64,000 bases of DNA from the human T2T-CHM13v2.0 reference genome, Homo sapiens. The notes under the pieces are model-generated. The model was not told the DNA's origin. It did not search any database and saw nothing but the letters and a program-made list of their open reading frames with translations. The stretch lies in assembly GCF_009914755.1 (NCBI RefSeq), contig NC_060927.1. One strand, given 5' to 3'. Numbering within the stretch: position 1 is the first letter of the stretch; every line of letters begins with the position of its first letter. Shown piece by piece: positions 60,781 to 64,000 of the stretch. The position numbers and the translations under genes are program-made.

Positions 60781-61339
60781 AAAAAATGCAAATTTAAAAA
60801 ATATTTTCTCCTCCTTTTTTCTAGGGATTTCAGATTAGTAATCAGAGATGCTAAGCAAATGCTAATACAGGCATACCAATAAACAACTGGGACTCTTCCT
60901 GGCAAGGGGAACTGATTAATAAAATGGGTGCAAACATTAATTGATGGTGTAAATTAAGAATCAAATCCCTGTTTTAAACATGTTATACACACAGTGCAAT
61001 CAAGAAAAGCATTTAACCAAATTTGTTCATGAATTCCATTGTGTGCTGTTGAATAGCTAATTTATAATTGCATTTGTCTGTAAAATAATCTATTAATAAA
61101 ATTGGAGAAAATTGGGCATAGATTCATTATCTCAGTCAGTTCTAGATGCTCACTGAAGAACGTTTTCCCTGCAAATGAGGTGGAGACCTCATTATCATGC
61201 TCAGCAGACTGGGAAGCACATATCTGTCCTTTATTTCTCCAGTGTTGAGTAATGTTCCAGAAACCCAACTAATTCATTAAAGTTAGCAAAAAACTTGTGT
61301 TCATGCTTAATCTTCTTTGGTGTTAATTAGAGTTGTCTG

Positions 61340-61556
61340 TGGCTTAAAAAATGTTTTATAATTTACTGAAACGAAGAATAAATTGCCTATCAGCTTTGTA
61401 AAAGTATTTGTGCTTTCTGCTGGTAGTTCTTGTCCTTTCTGGAGAAAAATGGTTTGAAAAACGTTTTATAAACTGAAACGAAGAATCAATTGCCTATCAG
61501 CTTTATAAAGGTATTTGTGCTTTCTGCTGGTAGTTCTTGTCCTTTGTGGAGAAAAA
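61340..61556 (+). repeat. Tandem duplication, 110 bp + 107 bp
   Basis: Copies at 61340-61449 and 61450-61556 differ by 7 substitutions and one 3-bp indel. Confidence 0.95.
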
Positions 61557-62035
61557 GCTGGGCCCTTGAGTCACCCTTCCTTTTCGGAATTTTTGCTTTC
61601 CCACTGCTCTTTGGACTCATGAAAGGTCAGGGTAGAAAAGACTCAGAGAAGTAATCCAGAAACTACTGTCAATATTAAACACAGAGAAAGTTAGAAAGTC
61701 TACAGCTAAATGGGCAGGAATAAAGAGCCTGTAGTGAAGTATTCATTTATTCATTCTTTATGCAATCAATTAACAAATCAACAATCATCGATTAAGCACC
61801 AGCTACATGCCAGGCAGCATGCTAGGCTTTGTGAATATACAAGTTAAAGGTCTGGTCTAGGGTTGACAAGAATGTGGGAAATAAACACTCTAGTATACCG
61901 TTGTTGGTAAAGCAAATTAATACACCTCGTCATGAAGTGGGGTGGATATATGACAGAATCTATTAGTACTTGAAGTGTATATACTCTATTATTTAACAAG
62001 CCCAATTCTGAGAATGTATGTATCCTATGAAAATT

Positions 62036-62872
62036 CAGTTGATCTCATGATTTGTGAATTTGCCTGTTCACTAAAATTTATTTATAACTCCAAGATCATT
62101 ACTCAGAGCATTTTCACAGTCATTCGTGAACACGTAGAGCATCAAAAGCTTTGAGGATACATATTCCCAGCTGAAATTGAACAAGGTAATGTGTTGCCTT
62201 CTTGCTTCACCTCTTATACTGCAAACAAGTACCCTTTTCATGGTCTATTTAGTGCCACATTTTTCACATTTTTGTGCTTTTCGTTGGTCATTTCACTGTT
62301 AAAAATGGTCCTAAAGCATAGTGCTGAAGTGATGTCAACCTACATCACTGTACCTGTGATAAGGTACACCATAGTTCAAGAAGGCTGTGATGTACCTTAC
62401 AGAGAAGATATTGTTAGATAAACTTCATTCAGGCATGAGTTATAGTGGTGTTAGCCCTGAATTTACTGTTCATGAATCAACACTATATATTACAGAATAT
62501 GTCTTTAAACGGGAACACACGTGAGCTGAATGTCTGTGTCCCCCTCAAATTCATATGTTGAAGCCCTAACTCCCAAAGTGATGGGGTTTGGAGATGGGGC
62601 CTTTGGGAGGTAATTAGGTCAGAGAAGGTCATGAGAGTGGGGCCCTCATGATAGGATTAGTACCTTTGGAAGAAGAGACACCCCAGAGCTTGCTCTCTCT
62701 GTCATGTGAGGACACTGCAAGAAGGCAACAAGCCAGGAAGACAACCCTCACCGCAACCTGACCCTGCTGGCACCTTCATCTCAGACTTGTAGCCTCCAGA
62801 ACTGTGAAAAATAAATTCTTGTGCTTAAACCACCCAGCCCATGGGATTTTGTTAAGACAGCCTGAGCAGACA
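62036..62872 (+). mobile_element. MER44/Tigger7-like element (62036-62519) followed by an MLT1A-type LTR (62520-62872)
   Basis: GTGAATTTGCCT..CTAAAATTTATTT..GAAGGCTGTGATGT; CCCCTCAAATTCATATGTTGAAGCCCTAAC..AGCCTCCAGAACTGTGA. Confidence 0.75.
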
Positions 62873-63379
62873 TAGGCATTTGGAATTCATCTATGAGGCA
62901 AACAGAAAAGGTACTTACCCTTGCAGAGCTTACATTCTAGCAGTACAAGGATTACTGCAGTGGCCACCAATAGGAGACTGATAGCTTGTAGCCCCAGCAA
63001 TCCATCTCCTAGGTGCATTTCAAGAGAAATAAAGGTGTATGTCCAAAGAAAAAAAAAAAAGACATATACAAAATAGTTGTTAGTGGCTTTATTCATAAAA
63101 AGTGGCTAGTCAACTAAGCACAGTGGTTTGTGGACCTGTAATCCCAGCTACTTGGGAGGCTGAGGCAGGCCGATTGCTTAAGCCCATGAGCTCAAGACCA
63201 GCCTGGATGATACAGAGAGACTATGTTAAAAAACAAAAAACAAAAAAACAAAAAAAACAAAGCAGCTAGTCAAATTACTTGTATATACTAGGGAACAGTC
63301 TACAGATGCTGAAAATGTTATGGATGCATATTTATTGACATAGAGCAAATCCAGGACTAATTGTGCTGTCTAAAAGTAA

Positions 63380-64000
63380 TTATTTTTTATTGATGCATAA
63401 TAATTATACATATTTATGGAGTACATGTGATATTTTGGTACATGTATACAATGTGTAATGATCAAGTCAAGGGCATCAGGATATCCATCACCTCAAACAT
63501 TTATCATTTCTTTGTGTTAGGAATATTTCAGATCTTCTCTCCTAGCTATTTTGAAATATACAATAAATTATTGTTAACTATAGTCACCCTCTGTGCTAGC
63601 TAACACTAAAGCTTATTCCTTGTATCTAATTGTGTGCTTGTTCTCATTAATAAACCTTTCTCCTCCCTCTCCCCGTGAAACACCCTTCCCAGCCTTGGCT
63701 GACTGTCCTTCTATTCTCTACCTCCATGAGACCAACTTTTAAGCTCCCACATATGAATGAGGACATGTAATATTTATCCTTCTGTGCCTGGCTTATTTCA
63801 CTTAACATAATGATCTTCAGTTACATCCATGTTGCTGCAAATGACAGAATTTCACATTTTAATGGCTGAATAGTATTCCATTGTGTATATATATCACATT
63901 TTTAAATTCATTCATCTGTTAATGAACACTTAGGTTGATTTTATATCTTGACTATTGTGGGATAGCACTGTAATAAACACGGGGATGCATTATTCCTTTG
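63380..64000 (-). mobile_element. L1MA 3' end, running off the window
   Basis: ACATGTATACAATGTGTAATGATCAAGTC..GCCTGGCTTATTTCACTTAACATAATG; same family as 1686-2150. Confidence 0.85.

Noticed and set aside
63115-63262. 7SL RNA gene (also 30841-30962)
   Set aside because: No S domain; these are degenerate FLAM/FAM monomers.

Overview
Primate (very likely human) non-genic DNA, with about 50 Alu copies or fragments, old L1/L2/MIR remnants, DNA transposon fossils and several ERV1/MaLR LTRs. I see no intact protein-coding gene; nearly all listed ORFs come from Alu, L1 or ERV sequence. There are two main landmarks. (1) A shortened 4.16-kb HERV-H provirus (11105-15266, GCAGG TSD) sits inside an AluJ inside an old L1. 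It has a tRNA-Phe-like primer binding site, an in-frame gag-RT deletion junction, and two discordant LTRs (about 8% differences, a 31-bp repeat-number difference, 7 versus 0 CpGs). (2) A full-length TPM4 processed pseudogene (44836-47523, 12-bp TSD) brought in a CpG-rich promoter-like 5' leader with a perfect 3x17-bp repeat just before its ATG. Smaller oddities: a 46-bp minisatellite grown from an Alu A-rich linker in an A2-B3-C3 block pattern, a MER41-type LTR with one intact and one broken GAS site, a 24-bp-stem quasi-palindrome, a 110-bp tandem duplication beside a homeodomain/T-box motif cluster, and an ETS motif cluster. Repeat subfamily names come from recalled consensus sequences and need RepeatMasker/Dfam confirmation. 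Many boundaries are approximate. I cannot support a wholly new biological system here; the best leads are regulatory or evolutionary.
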